Shown piece after piece: positions 21,270-32,479 of a DNA stretch of 64,000 bases. Positions within the stretch are counted from its first letter, which is position 1. Every line of letters begins with the position of its first letter. The stretch is from assembly GCA_016839555.1 (NCBI GenBank), contig JAEOUA010000010.1:160001-224000 (forward strand), read 5' to 3'. Made by a program: the position numbers and the translations under genes. The notes beneath the pieces were generated by a model. The model did not search any database and was not told the DNA's origin. It worked only from the letters and a program-made list of their open reading frames with translations. The stretch comes from Promethearchaeota archaeon (GTDB lineage Archaea; Asgardarchaeota; Lokiarchaeia; Sigyniarchaeales; SOKP01).

Positions 21270-21938
21270 ATGAAATATTTTTTAGATAGTGCGAAACTTA
21301 AAGAAATAAAATATGCTTATGAAAATTGGGGGATTAAAGGAGTCACCTCGAATCCAAAACACGTGAAGAGTTCCGGAAAACCTTTCTACACTGTTATTAA
21401 AGAATTTGCGGAAGAATTTGATAATATTGATTTTCCAATTTCTGTGGAAATCGATCCTCACATAAAAAATGCAAAGGAGATGATTGAACAAGCAATAAAG
21501 ATCGCAAAACTCTCACATAATTTCGTGATTAAAATTCCTTGTAATGAACAAGGATTAATAGCTACTAAAAAGCTCTCCGAACAAGGGATAAAAGTGAATG
21601 TGACTTTAGTCTTCACGGCGTCTCAAGGGATTCAAGTGGGCCGGATCGGGGCAAGATATTGTTCTCCTTTTATAGGATGGCAAGAGGCTTCTGGAGTTGA
21701 TTGCTCGTTATTTCTTTCTGATCTAATCTCTATATATGAAAGTTATGATTTTGATACAGAAATTATCGTCGCTGCGCTGCGAAATGGTAAGCAAATAGCA
21801 GAAGCAGCAGCTTTAGGAGCAGATATTGTTACTTGTGGATTTGATGTCTATAAAGATTCCTTTGAGCATCCATTTACTGATAAAGGATTAGAAATATTTC
21901 AAGATGCGTGGGATCAGACCGAAAAAGGTTTTTTATAA
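21270..21938 (+). CDS. Transaldolase (TalC/FSA fold), sulfofructose transaldolase SqvA/SftT-like
   Basis: FLDSA, VIKIP Schiff-base Lys, NVTLVF; SPFIGW with Trp where canonical transaldolases have phosphate-binding Arg; AALRNGKQI; close recalled similarity to Bacillus SqvA. Confidence 0.8.
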   Translation: MKYFLDSAKLKEIKYAYENWGIKGVTSNPKHVKSSGKPFYTVIKEFAEEFDNIDFPISVEIDPHIKNAKEMIEQAIKIAKLSHNFVIKIPCNEQGLIATKKLSEQGIKVNVTLVFTASQGIQVGRIGARYCSPFIGWQEASGVDCSLFLSDLISIYESYDFDTEIIVAALRNGKQIAEAAALGADIVTCGFDVYKDSFEHPFTDKGLEIFQDAWDQTEKGFL

Positions 21939-22040
21939 TAAGAAAAAATTTTTTAATTTACTTAAATTGATTTCTATTATAATAAAAAGCTTTTTTGAAA
22001 ATAATTAATTACACAGAAATAATAACTTTCCAACCGAAAA

Positions 22041-23486
22041 ATGAAAAAAGATACTTTAATTCTTGGTGGAGGTCCTTCGGGCTTAGCTGCCGCTTATGAA
22101 CTTCATAAACATAATAGGGAATTTATTGTTGTAGAAAAAGAAGAAAAAGTAGGGGGCTTAGCAAAAACACTTCATTTTGGGGACTTTAGCACTGATATTG
22201 GTCCACACCGCTTCTTTTCACAAACTCAATATCTATATGATATGATCGATTCAATGTTGGGAAAAAAGTGGAATAAAGTTAATCGATTGACTAGATTTTT
22301 AATGAAGGGACGCTATTTTTTATATCCTGTAGATTTACGAAATGTTATATTAAATTTAGGGATCGCAAGAGGTTTAAGAATTGTTATGGATTATTTGAAG
22401 CAATTCTTTTTAAATAAATTACAAAAAAAAGAAATTAGATCTTTCGAAGATATCGCTGTTAGTGAATTTGGTAGATCTCTTGCAGAATTGAATATGCTAA
22501 ATTATACAGAAAAGATATGGGGGCTTCCAACCAATATGATTTCAGCGGATTGGTTTAAGCAAAGAATCAAGGGACTCTCTATTAGAGCAATTCTAAATGA
22601 TATGCTCTTTAAAAAGATTAAACAAGGAGAAGGTCCTAAGACTTTAGTAGATCAATTTTATTATCCAGAAACTGGCACATCTCTAATTTATGAATCAATT
22701 GTTGACAGAGTCTCCGAAGGTGCAAATGGTGTGGTGAAAACATCAAGTATTCCTATAAAAATCAATCATAATAATAATAAAATCTTGAAAGTGACTATCC
22801 AAGAAAAGGGAGGAAACAAATCTTACCAAGTAAATAATCTTATATCCTCAATACCTTGGAATGAACTTCTAGAAACATTTGAACCCGCACCTCCGGAAAG
22901 CGTAATGGAAGCACTAGATCATCTAATGTTTAGATCACATGTTTCAGTATTTATCACGTTAGATAAAGAACAAGTCTTTAAAGATCAATGGTTATATTTT
23001 CCAGAAAAAGAAGTTCCATTTGGCAGAATGATGGAACCAAAAAACTTTAGTGAAAAATTAACTCCTAAAGGTAAAACTTCTTTAATGGTTGAATATTTCT
23101 GCTGGGAAGATGGAAGAAATGAAAAATATAAGGTATGGAACCTTCCAAAAGAAAAGATCTTCAAATTAACAATAAAATGGTTAGAAAAAATGGGATTCAT
23201 TAAAGAAGAAAAAGTTATTAATTGTTATATCCATAAAGAGAAGTATGCATATCCCGTATATGATTTATTTTACAAAAAATATAGAGACCATGTGAAAGAT
23301 TATTTAGGACAGTTCGAAAATCTTCAATTAATAGGAAGGTCTGGCAATTTTCGCTACAATAACCAAGACCACGCCTTAGAAATGGGTATAATTGCTGCTC
23401 GCAGTATAATTGAGGGTAAACAATATGATCTAGAAAAAATCGGTACTGAAAATAAGTATTTTGAAAGAGGATATATAACCAATTAA
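22041..23486 (+). CDS. FAD-dependent oxidoreductase, UDP-galactopyranose-mutase/protoporphyrinogen-oxidase-like
   Basis: GGGPSGL, VGGLAKT, DIGPHRF, YTEKIWG, YAYPVY, GRSGNFRYNNQDH. Confidence 0.8.
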   Translation: MKKDTLILGGGPSGLAAAYELHKHNREFIVVEKEEKVGGLAKTLHFGDFSTDIGPHRFFSQTQYLYDMIDSMLGKKWNKVNRLTRFLMKGRYFLYPVDLRNVILNLGIARGLRIVMDYLKQFFLNKLQKKEIRSFEDIAVSEFGRSLAELNMLNYTEKIWGLPTNMISADWFKQRIKGLSIRAILNDMLFKKIKQGEGPKTLVDQFYYPETGTSLIYESIVDRVSEGANGVVKTSSIPIKINHNNNKILKVTIQEKGGNKSYQVNNLISSIPWNELLETFEPAPPESVMEALDHLMFRSHVSVFITLDKEQVFKDQWLYFPEKEVPFGRMMEPKNFSEKLTPKGKTSLMVEYFCWEDGRNEKYKVWNLPKEKIFKLTIKWLEKMGFIKEEKVINCYIHKEKYAYPVYDLFYKKYRDHVKDYLGQFENLQLIGRSGNFRYNNQDHALEMGIIAARSIIEGKQYDLEKIGTENKYFERGYITN

Positions 23487-23502
23487 AAAAATTGAGAAAA
23501 TA

Positions 23503-23964
23503 ATGAGTTCAGATTTAAATAAGGAACCCGAAAGAAAAATTGAAGAGGAACAACAAGAAAAAGGTCCTATTTCCACTTTTAAAGAATTTTTGTCTTATGT
23601 TTTATTTGCTGGAATTGCGACAATAGTTGATATGGGATTATTATTTTTATTAACTGAATATGCATTTCAGTTCAATTATGATTATTTAATTTCTGCCATA
23701 ATTTCATATTTATGTGGGATGATTACAAATTACACCTTAAATAAATATATTACATTTAAAAATACAAGTAAAAGAATTGCCCCTCAATTTGGAGTATTTA
23801 GTATAGTTGCATTAATAGGCTTAGGATTAAATGAATTAATCCTTTGGTTCTTTACTGAATTTACTTTTCTGACTTATATTTATTCAAAATTACTTTCAGT
23901 CGTAATAGTAATGCTATGGAGTTACCTTGGTCACAAGAAATTTACTTTTAAGCTTTTTAAATAA
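23503..23964 (+). CDS. GtrA family lipid-phosphate-sugar flippase
   Basis: Four TM helices; YVLFAGIATIVD, NYTLNKYITF, WSYLGHKKFTF. Confidence 0.88.
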   Translation: MSSDLNKEPERKIEEEQQEKGPISTFKEFLSYVLFAGIATIVDMGLLFLLTEYAFQFNYDYLISAIISYLCGMITNYTLNKYITFKNTSKRIAPQFGVFSIVALIGLGLNELILWFFTEFTFLTYIYSKLLSVVIVMLWSYLGHKKFTFKLFK

Positions 23965-24075
23965 GATTTAATAATTATAGAAAGATAAGATATGGTTTAG
24001 AATATTAAATACTAAAACATAAAAAAAAACAAATTTTACAAAAGCTTAATAATTTGAAAAAGGTTAAAAAACAGT

Positions 24076-24288
24076 TTATTCCTCCTCTTCCATCATAGAT
24101 TCTATTTTTAGTTCTAATTGCTCAATTTTTTCATCAATTTTTTCAATATTTTCAAAAATTTCACAAGATTCACAGCCATGTTCATCTTTACATTGAGGAA
24201 GGGTATCGCAATTCTCTTCAAGAGCATCTCGTTCATCCATTAGTTTTTCAATTTCCTTTTCAAGCTTTTCTATACTCATCAAAACCAC
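24076..24288 (-). CDS. Small acidic coiled-coil hairpin protein with four-Cys metal site
   Basis: Heptad-rich helices flanking C-x5-C-x5-C-x2-C. Confidence 0.6.
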   Translation of the reverse strand: MVLMSIEKLEKEIEKLMDERDALEENCDTLPQCKDEHGCESCEIFENIEKIDEKIEQLELKIESMMEEEE

Positions 24289-24508
24289 TATTTAATTTTA
24301 ATAATGAAAAATGCTTCATTATTTAATTCTTTTTTTTATTTTAAGATTTTTTATAGCTTTTTATTACCTTCATGAAATTTGATATAATTACTTTTGAACA
24401 TTTTCTTTTAGAACCAATACTAAAAATAAGTTAATTCTAAAAAGTTTAATAAAACTTTAAATTATAAAACCAAATACATTGAAAAATATCATAATGGTAA
24501 GAATTTAA

Positions 24509-25891
24509 TTGAAATTAACTAAGCCAGATTTATACTTTATATTAGTTTTAATATTAGGTATTTTTCTGAGGATATTATCATTAATTGGTATTGAAATTGA
24601 ACCTGATTCTTACACTTATTTAGAAGGTACAATAAATATTATTAATTTTGAATATAATGCTTTACGTCCTCCCGGATTTCCTTTAACTATTGTGCCCTTT
24701 CTGTTATTAACTAATAATGGATTTTTTTCTATAAAATTAGCTTCTTTTACTTTTAGTGTCTTAACAATCATATCTTCTTATTTTATTTTTATTAAAGCCT
24801 CACTCAAACTTTTCGGGACTAATGATGAGAGAACTAATGAAAAATCTAAATATATAGGTTTGATTGTAAGCTTTTTTTTATCCTTCAATCTCTATTTTAT
24901 AAATAATTCTGGTAGGGGGTTGAGAGAAGAATTTATGGCTCTCACAGTTATTCTAATATTTTATATTATAATGGTAAAAAATAAATGTAATTTAAAAGAA
25001 AATATTTCTTTAGGATCCCTAATTTCATTTTTAACACTAACTCATCTTACGGGTGGTCTTTTTATCACCTTAGGAATCTTATTTTTTTATTTCATTTCAA
25101 AACTAAAATATTTTAAATTTAAAACAATATCATTCAGAACTCTCTTAATTATTTTTCTCTCTTTTGGAATAACTTTTGTTCTCTGGGCTTTTTTTTGTGA
25201 TATACATTTTGGGGATTCTTTAATTAATTGGCATCAACATAATAAAACATTTCAAATCAAATATGGAATTGATCTTAGTACGATTGAGAATGTTTTTAAA
25301 GCTTTAATTAATGCTTTAATTTTTGGATTGCCATCTGAATTTATATATTTAGGTGCTTTATCTTCTTTCGTTTTTATTTTTTTAGTTATTTCTATTTTAA
25401 TTAAAAATTTAGTGAAAAAACAATTTTTATTTATATTTATGATAGGTGGACTCAATTTTGCTTATTTAAGCATTTTTATGACAATTCCAAGGGTTCTAAT
25501 CTACTTTTTTCCGTTAATATTCTATCTTGGAGCAATTCCACTAGGATCAACTATAATTGAATTTAAGGAGAGAAAAAATGCTTTTCAAAAAAATATGCTT
25601 TATTTACTGGTTATATTCTTTATTTCCTATATTATTCGTGGAATAGATAGCATGGCTATTATTTTTTCATTATATCAAGTCTATAATTATGTACCTTGCT
25701 TTTGTAATTATAATGTAATCGCCAATCAATTTTATCAAGAACTTAGTATTTTTCGAATTATTCTTGATATCTTTTTTGCGATAATAATTGAATTATCCTT
25801 ATTGATATATTTAATAAGAAGTAGGTATTTGAATTACTTTTTATTAGTAGATACTTCTTACAACATTCAGAAAGATATTAATAAATCTTAA
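24509..25891 (+). CDS. GT-C fold membrane glycosyltransferase (PMT/ArnT-like), paralog 1
   Basis: DSYTY after TM1, RPPGFP, GLREE, THLTGG, GDS, PRV; about 11-13 TM. Confidence 0.75.
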   Translation: MKLTKPDLYFILVLILGIFLRILSLIGIEIEPDSYTYLEGTINIINFEYNALRPPGFPLTIVPFLLLTNNGFFSIKLASFTFSVLTIISSYFIFIKASLKLFGTNDERTNEKSKYIGLIVSFFLSFNLYFINNSGRGLREEFMALTVILIFYIIMVKNKCNLKENISLGSLISFLTLTHLTGGLFITLGILFFYFISKLKYFKFKTISFRTLLIIFLSFGITFVLWAFFCDIHFGDSLINWHQHNKTFQIKYGIDLSTIENVFKALINALIFGLPSEFIYLGALSSFVFIFLVISILIKNLVKKQFLFIFMIGGLNFAYLSIFMTIPRVLIYFFPLIFYLGAIPLGSTIIEFKERKNAFQKNMLYLLVIFFISYIIRGIDSMAIIFSLYQVYNYVPCFCNYNVIANQFYQELSIFRIILDIFFAIIIELSLLIYLIRSRYLNYFLLVDTSYNIQKDINKS

Positions 25892-25976
25892 AAGAAAATG
25901 TCTTCCCTAAAAAGTTTTAATATTGTTTTTAATTAATAGAATAAATACGGAGTGATATAACTTTTAGGTATTTAAG

Positions 25977-27359
25977 TTGATAAAATTATTCAAAAAAATA
26001 GATTCTTATTTCTTAATAATATTAATTGCTGGAATCATCTTTAGATTCCTATCCTTTTTATTTGTACCAATTGTTGATGATACTGTTTCTTATATTGAGA
26101 GCGCAAAGTTTATTATTGAATTAAATTATGAATCTTTACGACCACCGGTATTTCCATTATTAATAGTCCCTTTTCTCTTATTAACTGGTGATGGGGCAAT
26201 CTCCGCTAAGATAATATCTTTGATATTAAGTATTTTATTAATTATATCAACTTATTTTGTATTTGTAGAGGCATCACAAAAATTATTTGAAAAAGAGGAA
26301 TATAGAGAAAAGAAAGCTAGAAAAATAGGTTTAATAGTCTCTTTTTTGATAACATTTAATCTATATTTTATAATTCATAGTGGTAAGGGTTTAAGAGAAG
26401 ACTTAATAGCTTTAATTTATATCTTATTATTTTATTTTATTATGATAAAAGAACAACTGTCTTTACGGGATAATATCTCATTAGCAATTCTAATTTCATT
26501 ATTAATTCTTACTCAATTAAGTACAGGATTCTTTACAATTATTGGAATTATTTTATTTTGTATTCTTTCAAGAATTAAACGTTTTAAATTGAAATCTATC
26601 TCAAATAATAAGTTATTCGTCATTTTAAGTTCATTTGGATGCTCTTTTTTTCTCTGGTGCCTTTTTTCAGCATATAAATGGGGGGATCCGTTAGCCAACT
26701 GGAATATTCAGGGTGCATGGTTTGGAATTAAATATGGTGTGAGTATTTCCACATTTGAAGATCTAATAAGAGCAATATTACATGCTTTAACTTTTGGGCT
26801 CCCATCAATTTTTATATACTTATTTGTATTGTTTGGTTTTGTTTTTATAATAATAATGCTTTTCTTTTTCATTAAAAATCTTAAAAATGAACAAATTCTT
26901 TTCATTTTCATAATTGTATTTTTAAATTATGCCTATTTAACTATCTATGTTACGACTCCAAGGGTTATAATGTATTGTTTCTATATATTAATTTTTATTG
27001 CTGCAATTCCAATAGCAATAATTTTGATTGAATTGGAAAAAAGAGAATTATTAAAACAGAAAAAAGTGAATTATTTATTTATCATCTTTTTAGTTACTTA
27101 TATCTTAAGAGGCCTTGATACTATTTCTATTATATATTTAATATATCAAATATATAATTATATTCCACATTTCGGTAAAGTCAATACAATTATTTCTATT
27201 TTTTACCAAGAAATTAATCCCATTACGCTAACTTTAATTATAGCAATTATAATAATCAATGAAATTTCTCTTCTACTGATTTTCATAAAAAGTAAAAATT
27301 TTCTTTCTTTCAAAGTAGAAAAAAATTTTAAAGATTCTTGTAATTATGAAGAATTTTAA
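25977..27359 (+). CDS. GT-C fold membrane glycosyltransferase, paralog 2
   Basis: DDTVSY, RPPVFP, GLRED, GDP, PRV. Confidence 0.75.
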   Translation: MIKLFKKIDSYFLIILIAGIIFRFLSFLFVPIVDDTVSYIESAKFIIELNYESLRPPVFPLLIVPFLLLTGDGAISAKIISLILSILLIISTYFVFVEASQKLFEKEEYREKKARKIGLIVSFLITFNLYFIIHSGKGLREDLIALIYILLFYFIMIKEQLSLRDNISLAILISLLILTQLSTGFFTIIGIILFCILSRIKRFKLKSISNNKLFVILSSFGCSFFLWCLFSAYKWGDPLANWNIQGAWFGIKYGVSISTFEDLIRAILHALTFGLPSIFIYLFVLFGFVFIIIMLFFFIKNLKNEQILFIFIIVFLNYAYLTIYVTTPRVIMYCFYILIFIAAIPIAIILIELEKRELLKQKKVNYLFIIFLVTYILRGLDTISIIYLIYQIYNYIPHFGKVNTIISIFYQEINPITLTLIIAIIIINEISLLLIFIKSKNFLSFKVEKNFKDSCNYEEF

Positions 27360-27425
27360 AATATTTTTAAATACATCATGTAAAGATTATTTCACATAAA
27401 ATAATTAAAATAAATATAGTAAAAA

Positions 27426-28769
27426 ATGTTTGAATTAAAAAAAATAGATAAATACTTTCTGTTTATTTTATGTATTGGTTTAATATTTCGATTAGTCGCC
27501 TTATTTAAGGTAGATGCTGCTCTTGATTCATATACTTATTTAGCAGCCGCAAAAAGTATTATTGCTTTTGATTATAATTCATTTAGAGCACCCGGATTCC
27601 CAATCTTTATGATTCCTTTTTTTTTATTTCCTCATAATTATCCTTTAATTAACGCTCCAGAATCTAAAATAGTTCTTATAATATTGAATAATCCAAATCT
27701 CATCATAACTGCTCAAATTACATCTATGTCAGCAGGTATTTTATTAATTATCTCCTCTTATTTTGTTTTTTCTAAAGCTGCAATAAAATTAAGTACTAAA
27801 GAAGGAAAAATAACTCAAAATAATGCAAAATATGTCGGATTGATTGTAAGTTGTTTAATATCATTTTCTTTGCCTTTTATAATTAATTCTGTTCAAGGAT
27901 TAAGGGAAGAATTATTGGCAGTCTTAATTTTAATTATTTTCTATTATGTTATTATTAAAGAAAAGTTAGCTTTACGTGATAATCTTTTTCTGGCTTTATC
28001 GATTGCATTATTGACCCTAACTCATCTCACGGCGGGAATCTTTATAACTGTGGGAATCATTCTATTTTTTCTAGTTTCTAAATTGAAATTCTTCAAATTT
28101 AATAACATTTCAAACTTAAAGATATTAATTTGTCTATTAGGACCCCTCATCTCATTTTTATTGTGGGGGTGGTTTTGTTATGTAAAATTTGGAGATCCCT
28201 TATATAGTCTGAAAGTTCAAAGAGATTTTTTTAAAGATACATATAACCTTGATTTATCTTCAATTAATAATATAATATCTGCTTTAATAAATGGAATAAT
28301 TAATGGTATTCCTTTAGAATTCTATTTCTTATTTATTTTCAACGGAATTGTCTTTATGTTATTAGGTTTATATGTTTTGATTAAATATATAAAGCAAAAA
28401 CAATTTCTATTTATTTTTATTATAACAGGAGTAAACTTTGCTTATCTAAGTGTATTTATGGCAATTCCAGGAGATTTAAGATTATTACTCTATTTTTTCC
28501 CGATAATAATTTATTTGGGAGCACTTCCGATAGGTATTACAATAAATGATTCAACTCATAAATCAGCAAAATTTATGAAATATTTATTAATAATATTTTT
28601 TTTAACATATTCTTTTCGGGGATTAAAAAATTTAGGTTTTTTTAGTTACCTTTTTGTAAATTATTTTTCAGAGATAATCTATTGGTTATTCTTTTTAATC
28701 AATGAAGGATCTCTTTTAATATATTTAATCAAAATTAGGAATAAATTCATATTGAAAATATTAAAATAA
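27426..28769 (+). CDS. GT-C fold membrane glycosyltransferase, paralog 3
   Basis: DSYTY, RAPGFP, GLREE, THLTAG, GDP, DLR. Confidence 0.75.
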   Translation: MFELKKIDKYFLFILCIGLIFRLVALFKVDAALDSYTYLAAAKSIIAFDYNSFRAPGFPIFMIPFFLFPHNYPLINAPESKIVLIILNNPNLIITAQITSMSAGILLIISSYFVFSKAAIKLSTKEGKITQNNAKYVGLIVSCLISFSLPFIINSVQGLREELLAVLILIIFYYVIIKEKLALRDNLFLALSIALLTLTHLTAGIFITVGIILFFLVSKLKFFKFNNISNLKILICLLGPLISFLLWGWFCYVKFGDPLYSLKVQRDFFKDTYNLDLSSINNIISALINGIINGIPLEFYFLFIFNGIVFMLLGLYVLIKYIKQKQFLFIFIITGVNFAYLSVFMAIPGDLRLLLYFFPIIIYLGALPIGITINDSTHKSAKFMKYLLIIFFLTYSFRGLKNLGFFSYLFVNYFSEIIYWLFFLINEGSLLIYLIKIRNKFILKILK

Positions 28770-28791
28770 GAAATCTTAAAAAATAGTTAAA

Positions 28792-30150
28792 TTGGTTAAT
28801 CTTCTGATGAAAAAATTATATAAGAATAATATAGACTTTTATTTTTTAATTAGTTTATTAATTGGAACAATTCTAAGAGTTTTTATGTTCTTAAATAACT
28901 ATATAGTTCCTGATACATATCTATACTTCGATGCTACAATTGACTTGCTTAAAAACGATTATAATTCGTTTAGACCACCTGGATTTTCTATTACAATTCT
29001 TCCTTTTTTATTATTAATAGGTAGTGGTCCTTTATCAGCACGATTAACTTCTCTAAGTTTTAGTATCTTTTTAATAATCTGTTCTTATTTTGTATTTACT
29101 AAAGCTTCCTTGAAATTATTAAATAGGGACAAAAATAATAAATTAAAAGCAAAATTCGTAGGTTTCATAGTAAGTTTTTTAATATCATTTAATCTTTTCT
29201 TCATATTTAATAGTGGCAAAGGATTAAGAGAAGAGCTTTTAGCAGTTTTAATTATAATTATTTTTTATTTCACCATTATAAAGGACAAAACGAATTTAAG
29301 GGAAAATATTTATTTAGCAATTTTGGTTTGCTTATTAGCTCTTACGCATCTCTCGGCAGGAATTTTTGTGACTATCGGAATTTTCCTATTCTTCGCAGTT
29401 TCTAAATTGAAATTCTTTAAATATAATAACATTTCAAACTCAAAGATATTAATTATTTTTCTAGCCACCTCCATCTCATTTTTATTTTGGGGATTATACT
29501 CTTATTATAAATTTGGAGATTTTTTATATAATCTTCATTATCAAAATTTATGGTTTAAAAAATGGTATAATTTAGATTTGTTTTCTTCGGTTGATGATAT
29601 AATTAATGCATTACAAAATGCGGTAAAATTTGGAATTCCAACTGAATTACTATATCTTATTAGTTTAATTGGTTTTGTATTAATGATTCTGTTTTTTTTT
29701 ATGTTAATTGTTAATATTAAAGAAAGACAAATGTTTTTTATTTTTATAGTACTTTTGATTAATTTTGCTTATCTAAGCATATTTTTAGGTGTTCAAGGCA
29801 AATTAATGATTCCTAAAACTCCAGGGCATGAGCCTAGCCCAAGATTGATAATATATTTTTTTCCATTTATCTTTTATTTAGGTGCTCTCCCCCTAGGAAT
29901 TTCGTTTAAAGAATCGAAAATTATCAATTGGCAGTCAAAAAATTATTCTGAACTCTTATTAATTATTTATTTCTTATCATATCCTATACATGGCATACAG
30001 TTTTTTCTTATTAATATTTCTCTTTTGCAATCTTTTCTGATTGGTTTTAGTATATTTATTTTTTTAATAAATGAATTACCATTATTGATTTATATAATGA
30101 AAAACAGAAATAAGGACTATTATTTTCTTAAAGCATCATCTAACTATTAA
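28792..30150 (+). CDS. GT-C fold membrane glycosyltransferase, paralog 4
   Basis: PDTYLY, RPPGF, GLREE, THLSAG, GDF, PRL. Confidence 0.75.
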   Translation: MVNLLMKKLYKNNIDFYFLISLLIGTILRVFMFLNNYIVPDTYLYFDATIDLLKNDYNSFRPPGFSITILPFLLLIGSGPLSARLTSLSFSIFLIICSYFVFTKASLKLLNRDKNNKLKAKFVGFIVSFLISFNLFFIFNSGKGLREELLAVLIIIIFYFTIIKDKTNLRENIYLAILVCLLALTHLSAGIFVTIGIFLFFAVSKLKFFKYNNISNSKILIIFLATSISFLFWGLYSYYKFGDFLYNLHYQNLWFKKWYNLDLFSSVDDIINALQNAVKFGIPTELLYLISLIGFVLMILFFFMLIVNIKERQMFFIFIVLLINFAYLSIFLGVQGKLMIPKTPGHEPSPRLIIYFFPFIFYLGALPLGISFKESKIINWQSKNYSELLLIIYFLSYPIHGIQFFLINISLLQSFLIGFSIFIFLINELPLLIYIMKNRNKDYYFLKASSNY

Positions 30151-30255
30151 GATCTTTTTAAACTAAAGAATAAATAAGTGTTATAAAAAGCTTTTAATTA
30201 TTTATAAAATTATTTAGAAAAATATCAGATTAAATTTAATATAAAGGTTTTTAGA

Positions 30256-31614
30256 TTGTTAAATTCCTTAGATAAAATTGATAAGTATTTTATAATAGTG
30301 CTAATAATTGGGATAATTTTAAGAATAATTTCTTTAATATTTATTCCTATAGGACCAGATTATATTTCTTATATTAATGCAGCAAGGGGTATTATCGAGT
30401 TTGATTATTATAAATATAATAGCTTCCGCCCTCCTGGTTTTTCAATACTAATTATCCCTTTTTTATTTATTACAATGAATAATTATATCTTGTCAGCTAA
30501 ATTAGTATCTTTTTCCTGCAGTATTTTATTAATTATCTACTCATATCACATATTTACCAAAGCATCTATTAAATTATATGGAAAAAATGAAAAAAAACCA
30601 AAAATAATTGGATTAATAGTTAGTTTTTTAATATCATTAAATCTTTATTTTGCTGTAAATACAGGAAGAGGCTTGAGAGAAGATTTATTAGCACTTTTAT
30701 TCATATTAGCTTTCTATTTTACCATTATAAAAGAAGAAATGGACTTAAAAGATAATATATATTTAGCTCTTTCAATCTCATTTCTTTCGCTTACTCTTCT
30801 TTCAGCTGGACTCTTCTTTGTTGCTGGAATTATCTTGTTTTTTTTAATTTCAAAATTAAAGATTTTTAAATTTAAAGGTCTAAGGATAAAAAAAGTATAT
30901 ATAATTACATTAGCTTTTATTTCTGCTTTCGCTTTTTGGGCATTATTTTCTGCGCTTTCTGTGGGAAATCCATTATACAATTGGTCAAGGCAAGGAAGCT
31001 TTTTTAAAGAAAAACATGACCTTGATTTATCAACAATGGATGGATTAATTGAGGCATTATTAAATGCCCTAATTTTGGGTATTCCTTTTGAAATATATTA
31101 TTTATTTCTCTTAATCAGTCTCGTTTTTACATTTTTAGTTTTCTATATATTATTAAAAAATTATAAGCAAAAACAAGTTTTATTAATTATTTTTATTGTA
31201 GGCATTAATTTTCTATATATTAGCATTTTTATGGCTCCGAGTAAAATAATTCTTATTCCTAACCACCCAAGAGTTATGATTTATTTCTTTCCCTTTATTT
31301 TTTATTTAGGTGCTATTCCTCTAACAAATATTTTTATAGAATTTCAAGAAAGAAAAAATAGCAATTTATTCGATATTAAACTCATATTCTACCTATTTTT
31401 AATATCATATAGCGTGCAAGGTATTCTTTATTGGTTTGATTATCATGGTTATCCCCCTCCAATCCATATCATATTATTACCTTTATATTTGATTGATGAG
31501 GTATTTCTCTGCATCATTCTAATTAAAAGCAAAAAATTGGAACATTATCTTATAAAAGAGATTGTTGATCTTAATTCCAATCAACAAAATAAATCTAACA
31601 ATATCAAGCCCTAA
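30256..31614 (+). CDS. GT-C fold membrane glycosyltransferase, paralog 5
   Basis: PDYISY, RPPGF, GLRED, GNP, PRV. Confidence 0.75.
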   Translation: MLNSLDKIDKYFIIVLIIGIILRIISLIFIPIGPDYISYINAARGIIEFDYYKYNSFRPPGFSILIIPFLFITMNNYILSAKLVSFSCSILLIIYSYHIFTKASIKLYGKNEKKPKIIGLIVSFLISLNLYFAVNTGRGLREDLLALLFILAFYFTIIKEEMDLKDNIYLALSISFLSLTLLSAGLFFVAGIILFFLISKLKIFKFKGLRIKKVYIITLAFISAFAFWALFSALSVGNPLYNWSRQGSFFKEKHDLDLSTMDGLIEALLNALILGIPFEIYYLFLLISLVFTFLVFYILLKNYKQKQVLLIIFIVGINFLYISIFMAPSKIILIPNHPRVMIYFFPFIFYLGAIPLTNIFIEFQERKNSNLFDIKLIFYLFLISYSVQGILYWFDYHGYPPPIHIILLPLYLIDEVFLCIILIKSKKLEHYLIKEIVDLNSNQQNKSNNIKP

Positions 31615-31716
31615 TTTGGAAATCAAACATAAATATATTTAATCAAATAAATTTTATTTTTTAAAAACAATGATATATTATAATATTGTAAAAAAATGAT
31701 TTTATAAGAGAAAAAA

Positions 31717-32334
31717 ATGCATCCAGAAGTATATTACAAATTCGAAGAAATTTTAGTTAGGAATAACATTAATGGTAAAGTTTTAGAAATTGGGGCAGTT
31801 CCAAGTAATGAATCTTTATTAGCTTCAAAAACCCTAGATAAAGCTTCAGAAAAAATTGGACTAAATATAAATAAGGCGGCGAATTATAAAGATTTCAAAA
31901 TTATAGAGGGAAATTCTAACAATATGGAACAATTCAATGATGAGACATTTGATTGTATAATTAGCAATGCTACTTTAGAGCATGACAAATTCTTTTGGAA
32001 ATCTATCTCAGAGATGAAGAGAATCTTAAAAAAGGGGGGGTTATTAATTATAGGTTGCCCCTCATATGTTCAAATAGATAAAGAGATGAATTATTTCTTT
32101 AAAAAATTTTTATCATTACTACTTAAAGCATATTACAGAATTGTAAAGAGAAATCCAACATATATTAATATTGATGGATGTACTGCTTGTCTCAGAGTTC
32201 ATAACTTTCCAGGAGATTATTATAGATTTAGTAATCAAACCTTTAAAGAGGTATTTTTTAAAGGATTTAATAATGTTACTATTGAAACTATTATGCTGCC
32301 ACCAAGAACAATTGCGTATGGGTATAAAATTTAA
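31717..32334 (+). CDS. Class I SAM-dependent methyltransferase (glycan-associated type)
   Basis: VLEIG, FDCIISNATLEH, RILKKGG, HNFPGDYYRF. Confidence 0.88.
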   Translation: MHPEVYYKFEEILVRNNINGKVLEIGAVPSNESLLASKTLDKASEKIGLNINKAANYKDFKIIEGNSNNMEQFNDETFDCIISNATLEHDKFFWKSISEMKRILKKGGLLIIGCPSYVQIDKEMNYFFKKFLSLLLKAYYRIVKRNPTYINIDGCTACLRVHNFPGDYYRFSNQTFKEVFFKGFNNVTIETIMLPPRTIAYGYKI

Positions 32335-32479
32335 AAGTTTTATATGAATATCAAATTGGAAAAAATTTTTTAGGATTTTTTAAATAAATATTCCATAAAG
32401 ATCATATTCTGAAAGCTTTTAATTCTTTACTAAATTATTTAGAAAAATACTAGGATAAAAAAATTTAAAGGTTAACAAT

